NCBI GenBank assembly: GCA_009914755.4
Contig: CP086569.2
Coordinates: forward strand, 20,096,001 to 20,160,000
Origin: the human T2T-CHM13v2.0 reference genome, Homo sapiens
Length of the DNA stretch: 64,000 bases
Reading direction: 5' to 3'
The position numbers were made by a program, and so were the translations under genes. Below, piece by piece: positions 27,147-37,639 of this stretch. Under the pieces are notes generated by a model that was given only the letters and a program-made list of their open reading frames with translations, searched no databases and had not been told where the DNA came from. Each line of letters starts with the position of its first letter. The first letter of the stretch is position 1.

Positions 27147-28562
27147 TGGTCTATTCAGAGATTCACCTTCTGTCTGCTTTAGTCTTGAGAGGGTGTATGT
27201 GTCAAGGAATTTATCCGTTTCTTCTAGATTTTCTAGTTTATTTGCATAGAGGTGTTTGTAGTATTCTCTGATGGTAGTTTGTATTTCTGTGGGATCGGTC
27301 GTGATATCCCCTTTATCATTTTTTATTGCATATATTTGATTCTTCTCTCTTTTTTCTTTATTTTGCTAGAGTTCTATCAGTGTTGTTGATCCTTTCAAAA
27401 AACCAGTTCTTGGATTCATTAATTTTTTGAAGGGTTTTTTTTTGTCTCTATTTCCTTCAGTTCTGCTCTGATTTTAGTTATTTCATGTCTTCTGCTAACT
27501 TTTGAATGTGTTTGCTCTTGCTTTTCTAGGTCTTTCAATTGTGATATTAGGGTGTCAATTTTGGATCTTTCCTGCTTTGTGTTGTGTGCATTTAGTGCTA
27601 TAAATTTCCCTCTACACACTGCTTTAAAAGTGTCCCAGAGATTCTGGTATGTTGTGTCTTTTTTCTCATTGGTTTTAAAGAGCATCTTTATTTCTGCCTT
27701 CATTTCATTATATACCCAGTAGTCGTTCAGGAGCAGGTTGTTCAGTTTGCATGTAGTTGAGTGGTTTAGAGTGAGTTTCTTAATCCTGAGTTCTAGTTTG
27801 ATTGCTCTGTTGTCTGAGAGACAGTTTGTTATAATTTCTGATCTTTCACATTTGCTGAGGAGAGCTTTACTTCCAACTATGTGGTCAATTTTGGAATAGG
27901 TGTGGTGTGGTGCTGAAAAAAAAATGTATATTCTGTTGATTTGGGGTGGAGAGTTCCGTAGATGTCTATTAGGTCCACCTGGTGCAGAGGTGAGTTCAAT
28001 TCCTGGGTATCCTTATAAACTTTCCTTCTTGTTGATCTGTCTAATGTTGGCAGAGGGGTGTTAAAGTCCTGCGCTATTATGGTGTGGGAGTCTAAGTCTC
28101 TTTGTAGGTCACTCAGGACTTGCTTTATAATCTGGGTGCTCCTGTATTGGGTGCATATATATTTAGGATAGTTAGCTCTTCTCATTGAATTGATTCCTTT
28201 ACCATTATGTAATGGCCTTCTTTGTCTCTTTTGATCTTTGTTGGTTTAAAGTCTGTTTTATCAGAGACTAGGATTGCAACCCCTACCTTTTTTTATTTTC
28301 CATTTGTTTGGTAGATCTTCCTCCATCCTTTTATTTTGAGCCTATATGTGTCTATATATGTGAGATGGGTTTCCTGAATACAACACACTGATGAGTCTTG
28401 ACTCTTTATCCAATTTGCCAGTCTGTGTCTTTTAATTGGAGCATTTAGTCCATTTACATTTAAAGTTAATATTGTTATGTGGGAATTTGATCCTGTCGTT
28501 GTGATGTTAGCTGGTTATTTTGCTCTTTAGTTGATGCAGTTTCTTCCTAGCCTCGATGGTCT

Positions 28563-28955
28563 TTACAACTTGGCATGATTTTGCAGTGGCTGGTACCACT
28601 TGTTCCTTTCCATGTTTAGCGCTTCCTTCAGGAGCTCTTTTAGGGCAGGCCTGGTGGTGACAAAATCTCTCAGCATTTGCTTGTCTGTAAAGTATTTTAT
28701 TTCTCCTTCACTTATAAAGCTTAGTTTGGCTGGATATGAAATTCTGGATTGAAAATTCTTTTCTTTATAAATGTTGAATATTGGCCCCCACTCTCTTCTG
28801 GCTTGTAGAGTTTCTGCCGAGAGATCCTCTGTTAATCTGATGGGCTTCCCTTTGTTGGTAACCCAACCTTCCTCTCTTGCTGCCCTTAACAATTTTTCCT
28901 TCATTTCAACTTTGGTGAATCTGACAGTTATGTGTCTTGGAGTTGCTCTTCTCAA
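28563..28955 (-). pseudogene. L1 ORF1p C-terminal half remnant
   Basis: ATPRHITVRFTKVEMKEKLLRAAREEGWVTNKGKPIRLTEDLSAETLQARREWGPIFNIYKEKNFQSRISYPAKLSFISEGEIKYFTDKQMLRDFVTTRPALKELLKEALNMERNKWYQPLQNHAKL. Confidence 0.85.
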
Positions 28956-29726
28956 GGATTATCTTTGTGATGTTCTTTGTATTTCCTGAATCTGAATGTT
29001 GGCCTGCCTTGCTAGATTGGGGAAGTTCTCCTGGATAATATCCTGCAGAGTGTTTTCTAACTTGTTTCCATTCTCTCCATCACTTTCAGGCACACCAATC
29101 AGACATAGATTTGGTCTTTTCACATAGCCTCATATTTCTTGGAGGCTTTGTTCATTTCTTTTTATTCTTTTTTCTCTAAGCTTCCCTTCTTGCTTCATTT
29201 CATTCATTTCATCTTCCATCATGATACCCTTTCTTCCAGTTGATCACATCAGCTCCTGAGGCTTCTGCATTCTTCACATAGTTCTCGAGCCTTGGCTTTC
29301 AGCTCCATCAGCTTAAGCACTTTGTTGTGTTGGTTATTCTAGTTATGCATTCGTCTATATTTTTTTCAAAGTTTTCAACTTCTTTGCCTTTGGTTTGAAT
29401 TTCCTCCTGTAATTCAGAGTAGTTTGATGGTCTGAAGACTTCTCCTCTCAACTCGTCAAAGTCATTCTCCATCCAGCTTTGTTCCATTGCTGGTGAGGAG
29501 CTGTGTTCTTTGGAGGGGGAGAGGCACTCTGCTTTTTAGAGTTTCCAGGTTTTCTGCTCTGTTTTTTCCCCATCTTTGTGGTTTTATCTATTTTTGGTCT
29601 TTGATGATGGTGATGTACAGATGGGCTTTTTGTGTGGATGTCCTTTCTGTTTGTTAGTTTTCCTTCTACCACACAGTACCCTCAGCTGCAAGTCTTTTGG
29701 AGTTTGCTAGAGGTGCACTCCATCTG

Positions 29727-30185
29727 TTGATTGGAATAGTTTCAGAAGGAATGGTACCAGTTCCTCCTTGTACTTCTGGTAGAATTTGGCTGTGAATCCA
29801 TCTGGTCCTGGACTCATTTTGGTTGGTAAGCTATTGATTATTGCCACAATTTCAGAGTCTGTTATTGGTCTATTCAGAGATTCACCTTCTGTCTGGTTTA
29901 GTCTTGAGAGGGTGTATGTGTCGAGGAATTTATCTGCCTCCAATAAGTCAAATATCTAGGCCTAATCTTAGCCAGAGGAACCAGGATCTAATTAAACTCA
30001 AGAGCTTCTGCACAGCAATAGAAACTACCACCAGATGCCACAGAAATACAAACTACCATCAGAGAATACTACAAACACCTCTATGCAAATAAACTAGAAA
30101 ATCTAGAAGAAATGGATAAATTCACTATCACCAGAGTGAACAGGCATCCTACAAAATGGGAGAAAATTTTCACACCTCCCAGGGC
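29727..30185. mobile_element. Chimeric L1 debris at the L1/ERV junction: 29727-29940 minus-strand second copy of an ORF2 segment (about 95% identical to 27005-27220), then 29941-30185 plus-strand patchwork of L1 ORF2 sequence
   Basis: TTGATTGGAATAGTTTCAGAAGGAATGGTACCAGTTCCTCCTTGTACTTCTGGTAGAATT.GGCTGTGAATCCAT.TGGTCCTGGACTC occurs at both 27005 and 29727. The plus-strand part has AAACTCAAGAGCTTCTGCACAGCAATAGAAACTACCA...ACAGAAATACAAACTACCATCAGAGAATACTACAAACACCTCTATGCAAATAAACTAGAAAATCTAGAAGAAATGGATAAATTC...AGAGTGAACAGGCATCCTACAAAATGGGAGAAAATTTTC. Confidence 0.7.
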
Positions 30186-32560
30186 CCTCAGCAAGGAATG
30201 AATACAGCCTATACTGGCTTATCCTAGCCCCAAGACATTAAAACAGTTGCAAGTGTTCCTTCGAATCACGGGCTTTTGCCAACTATGGATCCATAAATAC
30301 AGTGAGATGGCCAGGCCCCTCTACTCTAACCAAGGAGACTCAGAGGGCAAATACTCATCTAGTAGAATGGGAACCAGAGGCAGAAACAGCCTTCAAAACC
30401 TTAAAGCAGTCCCTAGTACAAACTCCAGGCTTAAGACTTCCAACAGGAAAAAACTTCTCTTTATACATCACAGAGAGAGCAGGAATAGCTCTTGCAGTAC
30501 TTTCTCAGACTTGTGGGACAATCCCACAACCAGTGGCATACCTAAGTAAGGAAATTGATATAGTAGCAAAAACCTGGCCTCACTGTTTATGGGTATTTGT
30601 GGCGGTGGCTGTCTTAGTGTCAGAGGCTACCAAAATAATAACAAGGAAAAGATCTCACTGTCTGGACTACTCATGATGTAAATGCCATACTAGGTGCCAA
30701 GGTAGTTTATGGCTATCTGACAACCACCTGCTTAGATAACAGGCACTACTCTTTGAGGGACTTGTGCTTCAGATATGCACATGTGTGTCCCTTAACCCTG
30801 CCACTTTTCTCCCAGAGGATGGAGAATCAATCGAGTATGACTGCCAACAAATTATAGTCCAGATTTATGCCACCCAAGATCCTCTCTTAGAAGTCCCCTT
30901 AGTCAATCCTGACCTTAACCTATATACCAATGGAAGTTCATTTGTGGAGAATGGGATACAAAGGCAGGTTATGCCATAGTAATGTAACAGTACTTGAAAG
31001 TAAGCCTCTTCCCCCAGGGATGAACTCCCAGTTAGCAGAACTAGTGGCACTAACCTGAGCCTTATTATTGGGAAAGCAAAAAAGAATAAATGTGTATACA
31101 GATAGAGAGCAAGTATGCTTATCTAATCCTACATGCCCATGCTGCAATATGAAAAGAAAGGGCGTTCTTAACCTCTGAGGGAACCCCCATTAAGTACCAC
31201 AAGGGAATCATGGAGTTATTGCACACAGTACAAAAACCCAAGGAAGTGGCTCTCTTACACTGCTGAAGCCATCAAAAAGGGGAAGGAGAGGGGAGAAGAG
31301 CAGCATAAGCAGCTGGCAGAGTCAGGGAAAGACCAGCAGAGAAGAAAGAAAGAGAGAAAGAGAGAGATGGAATTAGTAAGGAAAAAACAGCATACCCAAT
31401 TTATTTAAAAGCCAGGGTAAATTTAAAACCTATAATTGATAATTGAAGGTCTTCTCTGTAATCCTATAACACTCTAGTGCCACCTTGTTGTCAGTGTAAA
31501 CAAGGGTGCAGCCCAAAAGCACTGTGGCCATTGACAACCAATAGCTTTCCTATCAAAAATCCTTAACGCAGCATGTTTCCTAACCCAGGCTCTACATATT
31601 AATTAATTACCATACAAAGGTCTGACCAGACCTAGGAGGTGCTCCTTTCAGGACAGGAGGATAGATGGTTCCTCCTGGACTATTTAGGGAAAATGACACT
31701 ATGTATATTGAGTAAGTGATAAGGAAACTCTTTTAGAAGCAGAGTTAGGAAAATTGCCTAATAATTGATCTGCTCAAACGTGAGAGCTGTTTGCACTCAG
31801 CCAAACCTTAACATACATACAGAATCAGGGAAGAGACATCTATACCAATTCTAAGTTAATATGGACTGAATGAGGTCTTATTAATAGCAAAGAATAATTG
31901 AAATCTCACACTTACAAGGTTTTCAACAAAAGTAAAGTTTGCTAAAAGTTAACAGCGTAACATGTATTATCCTAACATAATCTTATGGAAATCAGACCCT
32001 ATCAGTGCCCCTCAAAGCTCAAGTCCATCATCACAGAGCCATACAACTAATACCCTTACTTATAGGATTAGGAATGGCCAGTGCTACAGGAAACTGAATA
32101 GCAGGTTTATCTACTTCATTATCCTAGTACCACACACTCTCAAAGGATTTCTCAGACAGTTTGCAAGAAATAACAAAATCTATCCTTACTTTATAATCTC
32201 AAATAGACTGGCAGCAGTGACTCTCCAAAACCACCAAGGCCTAGACCTCCTCACTGCTGAGAAAGGAGGACTTTGCACTTTCTTTGGGCCTTTGGGCAAG
32301 GGTATTGTTTTCACACTAAGCAGCCAGGGACAGTACAAGTTGCCACCTGGCATTTACTGATAAAGGCTTCTGAAATCAGACAATGCCTTTCAAACTCTTA
32401 TATTGACCTTTAGGGTTGGGCAACAAAGCTTTTCCCCTTTCTAGGTCATGACAGCCATCTTGCTATTACTTGCTTTCCGACCCTGTATTTTTAAACTCCT
32501 TATCAGATTTGTTTTCTCTAGGATCAAGGCCATTGAGCTACAGATGGTCTTACAAATGGA
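30186..32560 (+). mobile_element. Class-I (gamma-like) ERV internal region: pol (RT-connection/RNase H) then env transmembrane (TM) remnant
   Basis: ORF 30302..30676 (…TLKQSLVQTPGLRLPTGKNFSLYITERAGIALAVLSQTCGTIPQPVAYLSKEIDIVAKTWPHCL…) aligns by eye to the MLV-type pol connection region ([61 protein letters not shown]). The YTNGSSF motif at 30764..30979 is the RNase H YTDGSS box. 32000-32400 encodes env TM. Confidence 0.8.
31962..32360 (+). pseudogene. Retroviral env TM remnant with the immunosuppressive-domain-like motif
   Basis: ORF contains ...RLAAVTLQNHQGLDLLTAEKGGLCTFFG..., the conserved gamma-retroviral TM motif (LQNRRGLDLLTAEKGGLC). Confidence 0.75.
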
Positions 32561-32754
32561 ATCCAAAATGAGCGCAACTCATAACTTCTACCCATGACCT
32601 GTGGTTCAACCCACTGACCCTTTGGCCTAAAAAATTCCCCTCTGGAGGACACTAAAACTGCAGGGCCCCTTCTTTGCCCCTATCCAGCAGGCAGTAGCTA
32701 CAGCGGTCATCACTCGATTCCCAACAGCAGTTGGGATGTCCTGTTAAGAGGGGG

Positions 32755-33194
32755 AATTGAGAGGTGAAGCCAGCTGGACTTCTTGGGTCAAATAGGGATT
32801 TTGGGAACTTTTCAGTAGCTAGCCAGAGGTGTGTAAAATGCACCAAACAGTGCTCTGTAAAATGGACGAATCGGCACTCTGTAAAATGGATTAATCATCA
32901 CTTGGTAAAATGGATGAATCAGCCCTCTTTAAAATGGGCCAGTCATCAGGACATGGACAGGGACAAATAAGGGAATAAAAGCTGGCCACCCCAGCCAGCA
33001 GTGGAAACCTGCTCGGGTCCCATTCCACGCTGTGGAAACTTTTTTCTTTCACTCCTCACAATAAAATTTGCTGCTTGTCACTCTTTATGTTTGTGCCATC
33101 TTTAAGAGCTGTAACACTCACCTCAAAGGTCCGAGGCTCCGTTCTCGAAGTCAGGGTGACCACAAATCCACTCTCAGGAAAAAATTCTGAACAC
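32755..33194 (+). mobile_element. 3' LTR of the ERV (LTR12/HERV9-like) with a triplicated 21-23 bp CCAAT-like motif
   Basis: GAGGTGAAGCCAGCTGGACTTCTTGGGTCAAATAGGGATTTTGGG...CTCTGTAAAATGGACGAATCGGCACTCTGTAAAATGGATTAATCATCACTTGGTAAAATGGATGAATCAGCCCTCTTTAAAATGGGCCAGTCA...AATAAGGGAATAAAAGCTGGCCACCCCAGCCAGCAGTGGAAACCTGCTCGGGTCCCATTCCACGCTGTGGAAAC...GAGCTGTAACACTCACCTCAAAGGTCCGAGGCTCCGTTCTCGAAGTCAGGGTGACCACAAATCCACTC. It resembles a remembered LTR12 consensus, including the CACCAATCAGCACTCTGTAAAATGGACCAATCAGC repeats. Confidence 0.65.
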
Positions 33195-33199
33195 AATAG

Positions 33200-33705
33200 C
33201 TCATTGTAGCCTCCAACTCCTGTACTCAAATGATCCTCCCTGCTCAGCTTCCTGAGTAGCTGGGACTCAGTGGCAGATATCACCACTTCTGGCTAATTTT
33301 TTGAATGTAATTTTTGTACAGAGAGGATCTCACTATATTTTCATGCCTCAGCCTCACAAGCATCTGGTAGCACATGCCTGGGATATATATATATTTATTT
33401 TATTATATTATATATATTTTTATTATACTTTAAGTTTTAGGGTACATGTGCACACCGTGCAGGTTTGTTACATATGTATACCTATACCATGTTGGTGTGC
33501 TGCGCCCATTAATTCATCATTTACATTAGATATATTTATATCTATGTATCTATCTATCTATCTACCTATCTATACAGTATTTCTAGGAATGATGGAGTTT
33601 GTCATATTGGCCAGGCTGGCCTCGAATTCATGACTTCAAGTGATCCATCCACTTTGGCCTGCAAAGTCCTGGGACAACAAGTGTGAGCCACTGTGCTTGG
33701 CCATA
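33200..33705 (-). mobile_element. Alu SINE split by a short L1 3'-end fragment (33400-33535, minus) plus a (TATC)n microsatellite (33536-33575)
   Basis: Alu pieces GCTCATTGTAGCCTCCAACTCCTGTACTCAAATGATCCTCCCTGCTCAGCTTCCTGAGTAGCTGGGACTCAG... and ...TTGGCCAGGCTGGCCTCGAATTCATGACTTCAAGTGATCCATCCACTTTGGCCTGCAAAGTCCTGGGACAACAAGTGTGAGCCACTGTGCTTGGCC flank TTTAAGTTTTAGGGTACATGTGCACACCGTGCAGGTTTGTTACATATGTATAC (L1 3' end, antisense) and TATCTATCTATCTATCTACCTATCTATA. Confidence 0.8.
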
Positions 33706-34159
33706 TATTCCATCTTTTCATACAGCTGTGAGTGGGGCAAGTTCCTTGTTAATTATTTTTTCCTATCAATATTGCTTTCAACATCACCTGAGCACTAATT
33801 ATTTGAAGATGTAACCATTTGTGCATTTATCTAATTTCTGCAACAAAGCAGCCTCTTTCTCTGCTTGCACAAAGAGCAGACATAAAGAATGAAATAGCGC
33901 AACCTTGGGGGAAATACCTCCTGGAGAGACTCCTGATATTCATTCCTCTCTTTTTCCAATGCATTGCTCCTTGGACACAACACTTGGCTTCTTGGAGTCA
34001 GGATACCATGCCCCTCACTTCCTTGCAGCTGGAAGGACTTGGGACCCAGATGTCTGGTGCATAATGAAAAAAAGTATTGCCCTGGGACATCTTCCAGAGG
34101 CCTCTTAGGAAGAACTGCTTCACATCTTTTCTATTTGTCTACATTTTATTTTATTTGTA

Positions 34160-34560
34160 GGGTGGGGGTCTCACTTTGTTGCCCAGGCTGTTGTTGAACT
34201 TTGAGATCAAGTGGTCCTCCTGAGTCAGTCTCCTAAATAGCTAGGACTACAGTGTGCACCACCATGCCCAGCTAATTTTATTATTTTGTGTGTATGCATG
34301 TGTAGGGATGGGATTTCACTTTGTGCCCAGGCTGGTGTCAAACATCTCAGCTCAAGTGGTCTCCCTTCTCAGCCTCCTGAGTAGCTAGGACTATGAGCTT
34401 GCACCACCATGTCTAATGGCTAATTTTACTATTATTGTGTGTGTGTGTAGAGACGGGAATCTGTTATGTTGTCCAGGCTGGTCTTGAAATCTTAAGCTCA
34501 AGCAATCCTTCCACCTAAGCCTCCCAAAGTGCTGGTATTATAGATGTGAAACATTGTACC
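34160..34560 (-). repeat. Tandem array (about 3 units of about 135 bp) of Alu-derived sequence
   Basis: Unit 1 (34160-34293) GTAGGGTGGGGGTCTCACTTTGTTGCCCAGGCTGTTGTTGAACTTTGAGATCAAGTGGTCCTCCTGAGTCAGTCTCCTAAATAGCTAGGACTACAGTGTGCACCACCATGCCCAGCTAATTTTATTATTTTGTGTGTATGCATGT. Unit 2 (34294-34430) GTAGGGATGGGATTTCACTTTGTGCCCAGGCTGGTGTCAAACATCTCAGCTCAAGTGGTCTCCCTTCTCAGCCTCCTGAGTAGCTAGGACTATGAGCTTGCACCACCATGTCTAATGGCTAATTTTACTATTATTGTGTGTGTGTGT. Unit 3 (34431-34560) AGAGACGGGAATCTGTTATGTTGTCCAGGCTGGTCTTGAAATCTTAAGCTCAAGCAATCCTTCCACCTAAGCCTCCCAAAGTGCTGGTATTATAGATGTGAAACATTGTACCC. Confidence 0.7.
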
Positions 34561-34774
34561 CTGAGTCAACTTTTTCTATTGGCCCACTTCTATCCTCCCA
34601 TCAGAAAGAGGGACACCACCTTGGGCCAACAGAACCAAGACTAGCCTCCCTCCCCCAGTGGTGGATCACTCAGGAGGCTTTGGTCTGCATGCCTGGGGAC
34701 TGGCATGGGCAGGAGAAGGGTGAAACACATATATATCTTTTTTGCAACACTGTTCATTTGGATTTCTGTGTTTC

Positions 34775-34870
34775 ACAGATGAACTTTTATTATTATTATT
34801 ATTATTATTATTATATTGTATATATACATACTATATATATAATAATATAATATATTATATATATTATTAT
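34775..34870. repeat. (ATT)n / AT-rich simple repeat
   Basis: TTATTATTATTATTATTATTATTATATTGTATATATACATACTATATATATAATAATATAATATATTATATATATTATTATAATG. Confidence 0.8.
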
Positions 34871-34874
34871 AATG

Positions 34875-36150
34875 CTTTACATTCTGGGTTACATTTGAAG
34901 AACATGCAGGTTTGTTACATAGGTATACATGTGTCAAGGTGGTTTGCTGCACCCATCAGCCCATCATCTACCTTAGGTATTTCTCCTAATGCTATCTGTC
35001 ACCAGCCTCTCCATCCCCTGACAGGCCCCTGTGTATGATGTTCCCCTCTATATATCCATGTGTTCTCATTATTCACCTCCCACTTATGAGTGAGAACATG
35101 CAGTGTTTGATTTTCTGTTCTTGTGTTGGTTTGCTGAGAATGATGGTTTCCAGCGTGATCCATGTCCCTGCAAAGGACATGAACTCATCCTTTTTTATGG
35201 GTGCATAGTATTTCTTGTGGTATATGTGCCACGTATCCTTTATCCAGTCTGTCATTGATAGGTTGGTTCCAAGTCCTTGCTGTTGTGAACAGTGCCGCAA
35301 TAAACATACATGTGCCTATGTCTTTATAGTAGAATGATTTATAATTCTTTGGGTATATACCCAGTAATGGGATTACTGGGTCAAATGGTATTTCTAGTTC
35401 TAGATCCTTGAGGAATCGTCACACTGTCTTCCACAATGGTTGAACTAATTTACACTCCAGCAACAGTGTAAACACCTTCCTATTTCTCCACATCCTCTCC
35501 AGCATCTGTTGTTCTCTAACTTTTTAATGATTGTCATTCTAACCGCTGTGAGATGGTATCACATTGTTTTTTTAATTTGCATTTCTCTAAAGACCCATGA
35601 TTATGAGCTCTTTTTCATATGCTTACTGACTGCATAAATGTCTTCTTTTGAGAAGTGTCTGTTCATATGCTTCACCAAATTTTTAATGGGGGTGTTTTTT
35701 TTCTTTTAAATTTGTTTAAGTTCTTTGCAGATTCTGGCTATTAGCCCTTTGTCAGATGGGTAGATTGCACAAAATTTCTTCCATTCTGTAGGTTACCTGT
35801 TCACTCTGATGATAGTTTCTTTGGCTGTGCAGAAGCCCTTTAGTTTAATCAGATGCCATTTGTCAATTTTGGCTTTTTCTTTGCCTTTGCTTTTGGTGTT
35901 TTAGTCATGAAGACTTTGACCATGCCTATGTCCTGAATGGTATTGCTTAGGTTTTCTTCTAGGATTGTTATGGTTTTAGGTCTTACATTTAAAGCCCTAA
36001 TCCATCTTCAGGCATATTATAATTTTTGTATAAGGCGTAAGGAAGGGATCCAGTTTCAGCTTTCTGCTTATGGCTAACAAGATTTCCCAACACCATTTAT
36101 TATATTGGGAGTCTTTTCTCCATTGCTTGTTCTTGTCATGTTTGTCAAAG
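34875..36150 (-). mobile_element. L1 3' end (about 1.3 kb: ORF2 C-terminus plus 3'UTR), antisense
   Basis: CATTCTGGGTTACATTTGAAGAACATGCAGGTTTGTTACATAGGTATACATGTGTCAAGGTGGTTTGCTGCACCCATCAGCCC...; ORF 35073..35300(-) translates to DWIKDTWHIYHKKYYAPIKKDEFMSFAGTWITLETIILSKPTQEQKIKHCMFSLISG (ORF2p C-terminus); ...CCAGTTTCAGCTTTCTGCTTATGGCTAACAAGATTTCCCAACACCATTTATTA. Confidence 0.9.
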
Positions 36151-36507
36151 GAACTGAATCTTAATGGAGGTGGGACTCCCTATCCATTTTGCAAATGTTT
36201 GCAGTAAAATAACATTTTGGTTAATGCACAGGGCATTGCATTTATAACAGTAAGAAGTGTGGTATGAAGGTGCAGTGGTGAAAGACAGGTGAGCATTCAC
36301 ATGTGATAAAATCTTTATCTGAACCAGAGATAAAGTCGAGAATAGTAACAGGTGGATTATGAGTTTCCCTGTTCCTTGATGCTCTCTTCTGTCCACTGGG
36401 CTTCTCCTACATGCCACAGAAGCCACCTGAATCCACACTACCTCACCCCATCTCCATCCCACCTCACTGCCTTCTCTCTCTCTTTTTTCCTTGATAAATG
36501 GTTCCAA

Positions 36508-36860
36508 CCCATCACCCAGGCTGGATGTGACCATGGCTCACTGCAGCCTCCTCCTTCCAGGCTCAAGCAATTCTCCCACCTCAGCTTCCTGATTAGCTAG
36601 GACTACAGGCATGTACTGCAATATCTGGCTTATTATTTATTTATTTATTTTTTTGGATATAGTGTCTCACTCTATCACCCAGGCTGAAGTGCAAGGATAT
36701 GATTTTGGCTCACTGCTGCCTCAACCTCCCAGGCTCAGGTGATACTCCTACATCAGCCTCCCAAGTAGTTGAGACCACAGAAGGATGCAACCACAGCTGG
36801 CAAATTTTGTTTATTTTTCAGTAGGGATAGGGTCTCACCATTTTGTCCAGGCTCCCACTG
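36508..36860 (-). mobile_element. Two adjacent partial Alu copies (36508-36635 and 36650-36860)
   Basis: CCAACCCATCACCCAGGCTGGATGTGACCATGGCTCACTGCAGCCTCCTCCTTCCAGGCTCAAGCAATTCTCCCACCTCAGCTTCCTGATTAGCTAGGACTACAGGCATGTAC; TGGATATAGTGTCTCACTCTATCACCCAGGCTGAAGTGCAAGGATATGATTTTGGCTCACTGCTGCCTCAACCTCCCAGGCTCAGGTGATACTCC...CAGTAGGGATAGGGTCTCACCATTTTGTCCAGGCTC. Confidence 0.75.
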
Positions 36861-37134
36861 TGTTTTCATGTGGTCCTTGAGTGGGTATAAGTTTCAGCCT
36901 TCATGCATATTTCAACAAATTGCAAATGTTTACATTTTTGTACTGTATGGATGCCACTCCAAAGATTTGCAAAAAACTGATCTGGAAATGCAGACAGGGT
37001 TGACCACCTGGAGTAATTGTCATGCCATTTCTTGTTCCCTTCTCCCAATTAAAGCCTACCCAGTCTGGGCCAATAACTGAATCAAAGACCTATACATGTA
37101 ACAATGTCTTTTTATTTTATCTTCTTTTATTTGT

Positions 37135-37581
<447 letters not shown>

Positions 37582-37639
37582 CAATATGTCTATTTTTAAA
37601 GATGCTCATACATATTTATTTTAAAAGTTTGCAGAATGA

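Noticed and set aside
34160-34560. Regularly spaced about 135 bp repeats that could be mistaken for a CRISPR-like or satellite array
   Set aside because: Units are Alu-derived and much longer than CRISPR repeats, with no unique spacers. Eukaryotic context. Reported instead as an Alu-derived tandem array.
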